Virus record (IMG/VR): IMGVR_UViG_3300032332_001463
Coordinates: 370 to 64,369 of that record
From: a virus
DNA: 64,000 nucleotides
Reading direction: 5' to 3' (one strand)
Position numbers and translations under genes: made by a program. A model generated the notes under the pieces. The model did no database searches, had not been told where the DNA came from, and was given only the letters and a program-made list of their open reading frames with translations. This document shows positions 1 to 8,822 of this stretch, piece after piece (position 1 is the stretch's first letter; each line of letters begins with the position of its first letter).

Positions 1-1
1 A

Positions 2-262
2 GTCAAAAGTGTAAAGAAATCCGATGTCCCAGTCAACGTACTGGATAGTATATCAGTACACATGATTGATGGCACTAGAGTTGATATCAGCATTGCTGAA
101 ATGACCGCTAGTGGTGTCAGTCATGATGACATCCAAGACTACATCAATGACAAATTGATAACACTGGATTCTTATATAGAGAATGTAGATTTTTATGTCA
201 GCGTAGACGAAGTAGCTCGATTGGTGCAACCCATGACAGACCTATTACTTAAAGATTTATGA
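2..262 (+). CDS. conserved phage hypothetical protein (5' truncated by window edge)
   Basis: Frame is open from base 2 (VKSVKKSDVPVNVLDSISVH-MIDGT...), upstream of the track start at 62; stop overlaps thyA start (ATGA). Confidence 0.6.
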   Translation, partial: VKSVKKSDVPVNVLDSISVHMIDGTRVDISIAEMTASGVSHDDIQDYINDKLITLDSYIENVDFYVSVDEVARLVQPMTDLLLKDL

Positions 263-1170
263 AGCCGTATTTAGACTTACTTGAAGATGTTTTAACAAAT
301 GGGCAGGTGCGAGAAGATCGCACCGGCACAGGTACCATTGGTGTATTTGGTCGTCAAGTTAGATATGATTTGACCGAATCATTTCCGCTGGTCACTACCA
401 AAAAAATGGCATGGCAGAGTATAGTCAGTGAGTTGCTGTGGTTTATCGAAGGTTCGGGGGATGAAAGGCGTCTTGCTGAACTTCTCCATGGTACGCGAGA
501 TGAAGACAAGAAAACCATCTGGACTGATAATGCCACAGCACCCCATTGGCAGTCACAGGCCGAGTATCCCGGCGACTTGGGTAGAGTATATGGTGTGCAG
601 TGGCGTCACTGGCGCACACCAGTGATCCACCGGAGCGATACATTCAAGGACAGCTTTGGCAATAGTTACAATCGCCAAGGTGGGATCCACATTGAAGAAG
701 TTGACCAAGTAAAGTCCTTGGTTGAGGGTATTAGAGCAGACCCATACGGACGACGACATATGTTAACAGCGTGGAACCCAGGAGAGTTAAAATCTATGGC
801 CCTGCCACCGTGTCACTGCTTTGCACAATTTTATGTAGCCGATAATCGGCTGTCCTGTCAGATGTATCAAAGGTCTTGCGATATGTTTTTGGGTGTACCC
901 TTCAACATTGCTAGCTACAGTTTGCTCACGGCCATGATCGCGCAAGTGTGTGATCTTGATGTAGGCGAGTTCGTTCACGTACTCGGCGACGCACATATAT
1001 ATCTGAACCACATAGAGCAGGTAAAAGAACAGCTAAGGCGTGAACCCTTACCAGCCCCAGGACTTGAGCTGAACACCGGCATTAGAGACATCACAAAATT
1101 TACCATGAAAGATATTAGGCTGATTGGGCATGCATCGCATCCTGCCATATCGGCCAAAATGGCTGTATGA
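259..1170 (+). CDS. thyA: thymidylate synthase
   Basis: DRTGTGT, FPLVTTKK, ELLWF, MALPPCH catalytic Cys, YQRSCDMFLGVPFNIASY, GDAHIY. Confidence 0.97.
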   Translation: MKPYLDLLEDVLTNGQVREDRTGTGTIGVFGRQVRYDLTESFPLVTTKKMAWQSIVSELLWFIEGSGDERRLAELLHGTRDEDKKTIWTDNATAPHWQSQAEYPGDLGRVYGVQWRHWRTPVIHRSDTFKDSFGNSYNRQGGIHIEEVDQVKSLVEGIRADPYGRRHMLTAWNPGELKSMALPPCHCFAQFYVADNRLSCQMYQRSCDMFLGVPFNIASYSLLTAMIAQVCDLDVGEFVHVLGDAHIYLNHIEQVKEQLRREPLPAPGLELNTGIRDITKFTMKDIRLIGHASHPAISAKMAV

Positions 1171-2150
1171 AAATATTAGTAACAGGCGGACTAGGACTCA
1201 TTGGACACAATGTGGTTGCACGGCTTGAGAGCTTGGGCCACAAAGTAGTGATAACAGACAATCAAACCAACTACGGTATCATCCCCCGACACGAGCTGGA
1301 TTATCTGCTGGCGGAACGCAGAAAGAAAATCCGACAGGCCAGCCAGTATAGATACAACATTGCAGACAAACTCAACATAAACTACCTGTTTACATTTGAA
1401 CGGTTTGACATGGTCATACACATGGCCAGCTTCCCTAGACAGAAAGTGGTCAATGCTGATCCAGCAGGTGGCGCACGTGTCATGATGGAAGGCCTGATAA
1501 ATCTACTAGAAGCCAGTAAACGCACCGGTGTAAAGAAATTCCTGTATATCAGCAGCAGTATGGTGTATGGAGACTTCGTAGATGATGTCACAGAAGATGC
1601 TGTGTGCTGTCCACAGGGACAATACGGTATTATGAAATTAGCAGGAGAACACCTTGTCAAAGATTATGCTCGTCGTGATTGTTTTAGTTATACTGTTATT
1701 CGTCCCAGTGCTGTTTATGGCCCCTTGGATGTCGAAGACCGAGTGGTCTCCAAATTCATGCTTGCAGCAATGCAGGGCCGAGTGCTCCGTATCAATGGAG
1801 AACGGGAAACACTAGATTTTACCTATGTGGATGATGCTGCTGATGGTATTGTAGCAGCAGCACTGAGTGGGAATACTGCCAACAAGACCTACAACATCAC
1901 CAAGAGCCATAGTGTCACACTGGCACAGGCAGCACAGATGGCTGTGGAACTGGCTGGCAGTGGCGAGATACATGTAGGCGATCGGGACCCTGATTTTCCT
2001 AGTCGTGGCGCCTTGAACATTGACGCAGCTAGACAGGACTTTGGATACAACCCGCAAGTGGACGTTGCAGAAGGCTTTGCGCGATATCACCAATGGTTTT
2101 TACAGAGCGAATACTGGCAAAGGAGACTCAATGCAGATAGAGTTCAATGA
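1167..2150 (+). CDS. NAD-dependent nucleotide-sugar epimerase/dehydratase (extended SDR)
   Basis: N-terminal ILVTGGLGLIG (GxxGxxG), ISSSMVYG, YGIMK (YxxxK), DFTYVDD. Confidence 0.93.
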   Translation: MKILVTGGLGLIGHNVVARLESLGHKVVITDNQTNYGIIPRHELDYLLAERRKKIRQASQYRYNIADKLNINYLFTFERFDMVIHMASFPRQKVVNADPAGGARVMMEGLINLLEASKRTGVKKFLYISSSMVYGDFVDDVTEDAVCCPQGQYGIMKLAGEHLVKDYARRDCFSYTVIRPSAVYGPLDVEDRVVSKFMLAAMQGRVLRINGERETLDFTYVDDAADGIVAAALSGNTANKTYNITKSHSVTLAQAAQMAVELAGSGEIHVGDRDPDFPSRGALNIDAARQDFGYNPQVDVAEGFARYHQWFLQSEYWQRRLNADRVQ

Positions 2151-3027
2151 TGAATTGCCCTTGGTATTTGATTTCCCCAACTATAAAATACCCAGTTGGG
2201 ATTTAAAATACGACCTCATATGGTATCTTGATCCCGACTTTGCTGCACCTGTGGGTGCTAAAATTTGGGTCTGGCGAATCAAATCATCCGAAGCGTATGC
2301 AGGCGACAAAGATATGGGTCGTATCACACCCAATCTCCCCAAACAATTAGATATCGTTTTCCTAAGTTATCACGAAGACAATGCTGAAGAAAACTGGCAG
2401 CGGCTCTTGAAGATGCAGCCCACAGCCAAACGAGTTGATGGTGTAGTGGGCATACTGGAGGCACACAAGGCAGCAGCAAGAACTGCCACCACAGACATGT
2501 TCTACGTGGTTGATGCTGATGCTTACATACTTGACGAGTTCAAATTTAACTATATCCCTAACATTTTTGATAGAGACTGCGTGTTTGTATTCCAGTCTCA
2601 AAATCCCATCAATAGGTTAAGTTATGGTCACGGCGGAGTCAAGATATTTCCTAGAGAAATATTATTAGATGCCTACACTGATAGACCAGATGTTACCACA
2701 TCCATATCCAACAAATTCAAAGTGATTGAAGAAGTCAGCAACGTTGGAACATTTAATACCAGTGAATTTAATACCTGGCGTACTGCATTTAGAGAGTGTG
2801 CAAAAATAGCAGCCGGCAGTATTAACAATGCTGATTATAAAGAAAATCAATTGAGGTTACAGGTTTGGAAAACTACCGGACATGGTAAGCTGTACGGCGA
2901 TAATGCCACAGCCGGTGCCAAGGATGGTGAAATATTTGGCACTGCCAACAAAGACAATAGTGAACGTCTCAATTTAATAAACGACCACGAGTGGTTAAGA
3001 AAGGTTTTTGATGCCCGTAGTAAATAA
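2131..3027 (+). CDS. glycosyltransferase-like protein (GT-A fold, DxD)
   Basis: SD AAGGAG 2120-2125 before ATG 2131 (in frame with track ORF 2020); DIVFLSY, AHKAAA, FYVVDADA; paralog of 5553-6458. Confidence 0.65.
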   Translation: MQIEFNDELPLVFDFPNYKIPSWDLKYDLIWYLDPDFAAPVGAKIWVWRIKSSEAYAGDKDMGRITPNLPKQLDIVFLSYHEDNAEENWQRLLKMQPTAKRVDGVVGILEAHKAAARTATTDMFYVVDADAYILDEFKFNYIPNIFDRDCVFVFQSQNPINRLSYGHGGVKIFPREILLDAYTDRPDVTTSISNKFKVIEEVSNVGTFNTSEFNTWRTAFRECAKIAAGSINNADYKENQLRLQVWKTTGHGKLYGDNATAGAKDGEIFGTANKDNSERLNLINDHEWLRKVFDARSK

Positions 3028-3559
3028 TGATGCTTTCAGTAGCGGACAACTTGGTAGTAAAATCTGGCTCTGTGAAGAACTGGAACGATTGGGATGGCAG
3101 TCTGATCGCACCTATGTCTATGCGGGCTGGTACGGAATAATAGGATTTTTATTACTGAGCAGGGGTCGCTTTGATGTCAAGACCATACGCAGCGTAGATA
3201 TTGATCCCACATGTGAGCGCATAGCTGACATGTTCAACGAGTACTGGGTGTGGCAAGATTGGCGCTTTAAAGCAGTCACAGCAGATTGCAACAATTTCAA
3301 AGCACCAGACATGGATCTAGTGATCAATACCAGCACAGAACATTTTCAAAGTCGTGCCTGGTGGAACAATATACCACGAGGCACCAGAGTTGTATTACAA
3401 GGCAATAATATGCCACATGATGATCACTTTACTCACTCGCATAGCGTGACTGATTTTGTCAGCGACTATGATTTCACCAGTATAGACTTTATGGGGTCTA
3501 AAGACTTTGTCTATCCCGATTGGTCGTTTACTAGATTCATGGTGATCGGTACCAAGTAA
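3011..3559 (+). CDS. class I SAM-dependent methyltransferase-like protein
   Basis: YVYAGWYG glycine loop, SVDID acidic motif, DLVINTSTEH. Confidence 0.55.
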   Translation: MPVVNNDAFSSGQLGSKIWLCEELERLGWQSDRTYVYAGWYGIIGFLLLSRGRFDVKTIRSVDIDPTCERIADMFNEYWVWQDWRFKAVTADCNNFKAPDMDLVINTSTEHFQSRAWWNNIPRGTRVVLQGNNMPHDDHFTHSHSVTDFVSDYDFTSIDFMGSKDFVYPDWSFTRFMVIGTK

Positions 3560-4609
3560 TCATCGGCTGTTGAACTTGCCTACCTGTACCAATTCGTGCT
3601 CGGTATAGTCTTTGTGCAGTTGGCTACCATCTGAAATATCACGTAAGGGTACCATGTCAAATCCCAATTGATTTCTCAAACTATCGCTGAGATTATTGTA
3701 ATCCACTGTGGCTTTTAGATTCTCAACAAAGTCGATGCTGTTTTGTATTTCACCAGGTTTAGTCATGAGCTTGACAATGAATGTATTCAGTCGTTTGGCA
3801 CCTGCAGACATGACACCAACTATGCTAGCATAGTTTTTAGCAAACAATTCAGGTTTCATAAACTCAAAGTGAGCACTGAAAATCAAGGTATTGTAGTTGT
3901 CGGCATTCTTGCGCCAGTAAGCAGGACCTTGGCTTCCGTTGCTGACCAGCATGACCCACTGTCCTCGACTGGACAGGTAATCAACAAAAGGTTCAAAGTC
4001 AGGATTCAGTGTGGGTTCGCCGCCGCCAAAATACCAGTGTATCTTGTGGCCATGGCTCCAATTATCAATCACATAATTTGCGGTCTGCTTGAATAGGCTC
4101 AATGGCTTGTGGGCATCTGTAGTATTGTGTACCCCGGGCCAGCAGTAGCTACAACTGTAATTGCAGAATCTACCAATATCCCATAATATCTGCTTGGGCA
4201 AAGGTAGATGGCTACGCACCGCCGACAATGTTGTTGCCGACTGAATTGGTATGGTGACCTTATGATACTGTTGCTGTACAAACGGCACTGCATCTGCACA
4301 GTCTTGACGATATTTGGTTATAACGATATCCGATCCACACCCGCAGTTGTTGTACATGCAGGTGAGCCCAGTGGTGGGTAACTCAAAATCATCTCCTAGC
4401 CGTCCCAAGAGTCCCCACTTCTTGGGTTGATTCTTGGTCATGGCGCTGGCACAGTTGGCTACCCATACTTGTCCATCAAAGTCTATGTATAGGTTCTGTA
4501 CACCAGCATCACAATGCCAGCCTTTGAATTGATTCAACTTTAATGCCACCAAATCTTCAAGGCTAGCATCTGCTTTGCCGTTGTCTGCCAGCACTATCAA
4601 CTGTTTCAT
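3560..4609 (-). CDS. radical SAM protein with N-terminal SPASM/twitch-like Cys cluster
   Basis: CNYSCSYC (CxxxCxxC), FGGGEPT, SNGS; N-terminal CDAG..IDFDG..C..CxxxxCGC. Confidence 0.88.
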   Translation of the reverse strand: MKQLIVLADNGKADASLEDLVALKLNQFKGWHCDAGVQNLYIDFDGQVWVANCASAMTKNQPKKWGLLGRLGDDFELPTTGLTCMYNNCGCGSDIVITKYRQDCADAVPFVQQQYHKVTIPIQSATTLSAVRSHLPLPKQILWDIGRFCNYSCSYCWPGVHNTTDAHKPLSLFKQTANYVIDNWSHGHKIHWYFGGGEPTLNPDFEPFVDYLSSRGQWVMLVSNGSQGPAYWRKNADNYNTLIFSAHFEFMKPELFAKNYASIVGVMSAGAKRLNTFIVKLMTKPGEIQNSIDFVENLKATVDYNNLSDSLRNQLGFDMVPLRDISDGSQLHKDYTEHELVQVGKFNSR

Positions 4610-5556
4610 ACTCGTTCCTTGGTGCTCATGATGTCATAGTTGCAATGACACATGATTTTGTTGCATCTAACTGGTGCTGTGGGCAAGCGTAAATTTTCAT
4701 CCCAGATGTATCCAATCTTGTCGCCCACTTTGCACCAACCACGATGTATGCTGCCATCCATGTCCACAATCAGCTGTTCAACACCTGCATAGCAGTCCCA
4801 CCCAAACCAATTGTTGGTACTGTTGGCGATAAACGAGTGAGCAGACAATACCTTGCTGACTTCACCCACTGTGCGCATACTGCCACGATAGACCTTTTGC
4901 CGTTTAGTGTGTTTGATTTTGCTGCCCAATAAGGCGTACTGCCGATCAAAAATACTCTTTTGTTCGTCAGTGTAATCGTACAGCTGGTCTCCAAAATCGT
5001 GTATCAAGGGCTGTAGTGCTAGGCTGATATTGGATAATGTCACTGCCCGTTCGGCCAATGCATAGCACTCATCAAACTTTTCTGGGCTCATCATTACATT
5101 GACATGAACTTTAACGATATCATGTAGTATACCCGCCACTGCTAAAAAGTGGTCCGCGTTTGCCTCTTCGGGGTGGAAACTGAGGCATACATGGTCGAAA
5201 AAGTGCTTGTTTTCCTCCCACCAACGCAGGGTTCTACTGCCGTTGCTAATCATGCCTACTTTGACATCGTGTTCGCGACAAAACTCACACAAGGCGATAA
5301 AATGCTTGTACATGGTGACTTCACCGCCTGTGAACTCAAAATACAATTTTTTACTTGGGTGCTGTTCTTTTACTTTGAGTATAAATCGTTTGATATCTTC
5401 AAATTCAGGCCAGCGTTTGCTGCCGTCGTGCAATATGGCAGGACAATAGCTGCAACTGAAATTACAGGTGTTGCCTAGGCACCAGTTTACCACAAACCAC
5501 TCGGTGTTGGCAGGGTCTGCATGTTCTAGTCTGGTGTATTCTTGTTTGGTTGTCAT
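4606..5556 (-). CDS. radical SAM protein with C-terminal SPASM/twitch-like domain
   Basis: CNFSCSYC, FTGGEVT, SNGSR; C-terminal CYAG..VDMDG..WC..CNKIMCHC. Confidence 0.9.
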   Translation of the reverse strand: MTTKQEYTRLEHADPANTEWFVVNWCLGNTCNFSCSYCPAILHDGSKRWPEFEDIKRFILKVKEQHPSKKLYFEFTGGEVTMYKHFIALCEFCREHDVKVGMISNGSRTLRWWEENKHFFDHVCLSFHPEEANADHFLAVAGILHDIVKVHVNVMMSPEKFDECYALAERAVTLSNISLALQPLIHDFGDQLYDYTDEQKSIFDRQYALLGSKIKHTKRQKVYRGSMRTVGEVSKVLSAHSFIANSTNNWFGWDCYAGVEQLIVDMDGSIHRGWCKVGDKIGYIWDENLRLPTAPVRCNKIMCHCNYDIMSTKERV

Positions 5557-6458
5557 GATGACATTATGTCCTTGTTTCTGTGTAGTCGCTTGTAAAATTT
5601 CTTAAAAAATGCGCTCTGTTCCGACCCCATCTCCAGCACATGCAGACCTAGCTTGTCTTTGAGCTCTTTAGATATAGCCCGATAGTGTCTGCGTTGATCA
5701 TCAAACGTCTGGGAATCAATAGCCGTAAACAGTCGATCCAATTTGGTGAAATCCTGTACTTCGGTATAATCCCAATCTGGTTCCAGCATGACCTTGTATG
5801 TTCCCAATCTGGCGCCATATATGGCATAGCGCCCATTTTCAACATCGGCACCAATGCTGTGCCATATATTTAAGTATTCTAAGTTCTGATAATTCTGCAT
5901 GTTCAAGAACTCCTCAATTGATACTCTGCGACCACGGTCCAGGCACATTTTTACCCCTTCACGGAACCCGGCCCGCCAGGCCTGGAGGCCACTGTGATTT
6001 GGATAGGTAACTGAGTAACAATTCCACAAGGGCAAGTACCTGCGATCAAAACAGAATTCAACTTGTGTTTCTGATCTGCCGTCGGTGTTCTCATGTGTAC
6101 GCATGTTGTTGACAAATTCTTTTGTCCAGCAGCTGATTCCGCCGTTACCGTACACCAGTCCATTTATGTTGTTCCTGGCGCGCCACCGCAGCACACAATC
6201 CACGTTGTTGTTGTCAAATGTGAGAGTTTGATCAAAAAATGAGGGTTCGGGCAAGTTATCGCCGTCAATTAATATAAAACGGTCAGTATCACTTGCGGCT
6301 GCTGCGGCCTTGTGTGCAGCATCACTGCCCAGTACGCCATCAACACGTTTGGCCTCGGGCAGCATTCTTTGGATAGTTTGCCAGAATTCTTCGCGCCTGG
6401 GTTCGTTGTAGGTAAGAAAAATACAACTGAGATCTTTTATTTTTACACTCAGCTGCAT
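5553..6458 (-). CDS. glycosyltransferase-like protein (GT-A fold, DxD)
   Basis: CIFLTYNEP, AKRVDGVLG, AHKAAA, FILIDGDN, NGLVYGNGG; start could be 6458 or 6470. Confidence 0.65.
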   Translation of the reverse strand: MQLSVKIKDLSCIFLTYNEPRREEFWQTIQRMLPEAKRVDGVLGSDAAHKAAAAASDTDRFILIDGDNLPEPSFFDQTLTFDNNNVDCVLRWRARNNINGLVYGNGGISCWTKEFVNNMRTHENTDGRSETQVEFCFDRRYLPLWNCYSVTYPNHSGLQAWRAGFREGVKMCLDRGRRVSIEEFLNMQNYQNLEYLNIWHSIGADVENGRYAIYGARLGTYKVMLEPDWDYTEVQDFTKLDRLFTAIDSQTFDDQRRHYRAISKELKDKLGLHVLEMGSEQSAFFKKFYKRLHRNKDIMSS

Positions 6459-6808
6459 CGGTAACCCCATCGATCAGTTTCTCCGGTATGGAGGGAATCT
6501 ACTACAAATATCATATTATTTTTTATTGTTAAGTACCTACCAGCATCGTCCGGTATTAGATTTTTATATCCGTTTCCCGCTGCCTCGACCCGTTCTATTT
6601 TGTCGTCAATTACTTGATAATTTGAGCATATATCTATAGAGTTGTACAATTCTGGATTGGTAACTATGTAATTATCATCAGACAGGACCACTGCTGTAGT
6701 TTTATGAGTGCAAATTTTTGTTATTGGGTCGTAGTAAACCCGTAGTTCTACTGGTCTGGGTTTTATTGTGACCTCAGGGCGTATATTAGTTTGAAAGTAA
6801 CTGCTCAT
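6449..6808 (-). CDS. hypothetical protein
   Basis: ORF overlapping both neighbours in the operon; start uncertain (6808 or 6817). Confidence 0.55.
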   Translation of the reverse strand: MSSYFQTNIRPEVTIKPRPVELRVYYDPITKICTHKTTAVVLSDDNYIVTNPELYNSIDICSNYQVIDDKIERVEAAGNGYKNLIPDDAGRYLTIKNNMIFVVDSLHTGETDRWGYRCS

Positions 6809-7628
6809 AGTGATCAATTAAATTGGGTGTTGCAAAATTTTTGTAGTGATAGTGAAACGGTACCTGTTGGCGGGTGAATCCCACAGTCAGTGTTGACTGA
6901 TCAAATTGGTGATGCACCACAGTGCGCCAATCCCGGTTGGGTTCCCAGCCATTGATTGCACCTTTCATATGTGCAAATCTAGGTACCGGCGCGGCTGCAT
7001 TATATAGTCCACGGTCTCCGCATAGTTTAGCAGCAATGGCAAAAACCAAATCGGTATCGGGACCTTGCTCTTTATGGCCTTTTAATATTTCTTTGCTGAA
7101 CAGCGACCAATTGGCATAAACTAATCTGGCATAGTCAAATAATCGAGCAGCTCGTTGGCTGCGCTTGAAATAATAAAAACCAGTGTAAACATTTAACAAA
7201 CCGTTTTGATCAAATATTCTACGATATGCCCGGTTACTGGCAACCGCGCCACGATAATCCACCACATCGGTAGTGAAGCAAACATCCTGTTGTGCCATTA
7301 TGTCCCACCAGTGATCAACACTACTGGTGAACAGCATGTCTGCTTCTACTTTTACAGTTTCGTCATATGGGGTTGCTGCCAGTGCTTTCCATTCGTTTTT
7401 CAATTTCCAGCTGTCCATGGCAGCATCGTCACCTCCAGGTATGGCAACCACATGATCAAATACTTTTAAATGTTTTTCTGTAACAAGACTACCAGTATAC
7501 TCATCAACAACCACTGTATAGTTGTTGATTTGCTGTGTGGCTTTTATACTCATGGCCTGCAAGTAGGCCAGATTTAGATAATCTGTCTGACCGTTATTTT
7601 GTGCAAATGTTAGATATCCTCGGGTCAT
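6786..7628 (-). CDS. glycosyltransferase (GT8-like GT-A fold)
   Basis: RGYLTFA..YLNLAY, TPYDETVKVEADMLF, VYTGFYYF, TDLVFAIA, FAHMK. Confidence 0.65.
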   Translation of the reverse strand: MTRGYLTFAQNNGQTDYLNLAYLQAMSIKATQQINNYTVVVDEYTGSLVTEKHLKVFDHVVAIPGGDDAAMDSWKLKNEWKALAATPYDETVKVEADMLFTSSVDHWWDIMAQQDVCFTTDVVDYRGAVASNRAYRRIFDQNGLLNVYTGFYYFKRSQRAARLFDYARLVYANWSLFSKEILKGHKEQGPDTDLVFAIAAKLCGDRGLYNAAAPVPRFAHMKGAINGWEPNRDWRTVVHHQFDQSTLTVGFTRQQVPFHYHYKNFATPNLIDHYEQLLSN

Positions 7629-8473
7629 AGTGCTAGCTCGGTCAATTGATTTATAATATCAATATCGGTTATTGTTCTTTTATTCATTATGTGTATACTG
7701 GTATCTTTTAATACTGTAAAAGATTTACCAGCTGGTACAGTTTCTGTTTCTTTATGATTCCATGAAAAAACGATCTCCCCGGACTTGCAGACTTCCGCGA
7801 TATCAATACCGGTATTGGCAGTCAATAGCGGTCCCGGAATTGATCTAAAATTTTTATCGTTGTATCCGGTCAGGGCCTGAAGTGCAATACTCAATGCATA
7901 GTCATTTCTATAGAGCTGTGCTGTAAAATTATAGGCAGCAGCATAATAAAGATAATTTTCTTTGATGCCTTGCATGAATTCAAACACAGACTGGGCCAAT
8001 TGATTTTTGGTAAAGTAGACCACAGTGGCCCATTGCATGGGAATTCCAGGATTTCCGACTCGAGCTCCGCGTTGCAATCCCCGACTGCCGTTTATATCTA
8101 TTACATAGTTAAAGCAGGCAATCTTGTTATCAGTGTCAAATAGATATTTCAATCCCGAGTCAAATATCAAATAGTCTGCATCAATTAACAGAGTTTGATC
8201 GTATGGACTGAGATCGTATGCGCTGGATCGATTTTGATTATGCCATACCACTCGCTCTTTGCCGGATCCAAATTTGAATACTCGTTCGTATTCTTTATCC
8301 ACCAGTCCTAGAATTATTATTTGATCAAATACCCCAGCTTCTACTGCTGTTGAATTTGTTATCAGCGTAACAGGAATATCTAGATGTTTTCGAACCAATT
8401 TGGCCGCTAGGGTTGCCATTGACACATAATCAATAGTACTGTTATAGGCAAATATAACTGCGCCTTTAGACAT
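7625..8473 (-). CDS. glycosyltransferase (GT8-like GT-A fold)
   Basis: Likely start MSKGAVIFAYN at 8473, coupled to upstream stop; SPYDQTLLIDADY, RNDYALSIA, IHIMNK. Confidence 0.68.
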   Translation of the reverse strand: MSKGAVIFAYNSTIDYVSMATLAAKLVRKHLDIPVTLITNSTAVEAGVFDQIIILGLVDKEYERVFKFGSGKERVVWHNQNRSSAYDLSPYDQTLLIDADYLIFDSGLKYLFDTDNKIACFNYVIDINGSRGLQRGARVGNPGIPMQWATVVYFTKNQLAQSVFEFMQGIKENYLYYAAAYNFTAQLYRNDYALSIALQALTGYNDKNFRSIPGPLLTANTGIDIAEVCKSGEIVFSWNHKETETVPAGKSFTVLKDTSIHIMNKRTITDIDIINQLTELAL

Positions 8474-8786
8474 CGGTCTCTCTGCCAATCGTGTTTGCTC
8501 GTTGAACTTCTGTCGCCCAGTAAACTGATGCCATGCGATAGGCAATTTTGGCTGCATCTATCAGCGCAGTCCTATCTACTAGGATTGGGGTATTGTAGAT
8601 ATCTTCTACGTGAACTTCGGGTTCGTGCCAGCTGTTTAAAAATGCAATCAACTCAGGACGTGCAACAAACGTGCCTCCCCGGTGTGTGATTGTTAATTTA
8701 GCGTCGTAGATTTCTTTGAGGTTAGTCAAGAAAGCGGATTTTGCAAACTGCGCGTCGGCGAGTTCTTTGAGTTTACTGCTGTCCAT
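8466..8786 (-). CDS. hypothetical protein
   Basis: First ORF after late-promoter motif 8816-8821; AGGA upstream; coupled to the GT gene. Confidence 0.65.
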   Translation of the reverse strand: MDSSKLKELADAQFAKSAFLTNLKEIYDAKLTITHRGGTFVARPELIAFLNSWHEPEVHVEDIYNTPILVDRTALIDAAKIAYRMASVYWATEVQRANTIGRETDV

Positions 8787-8822
8787 GTTGATTATATCCT
8801 AAACTAGATGTCTAGTATTTAA

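Noticed and set aside
259-1170. thyA as a dCMP/dUMP hydroxymethylase for DNA hypermodification, or intron-containing
   Set aside because: Has canonical PFNIASY (Asn, dUMP-specific) and all ThyA motifs in one continuous ORF
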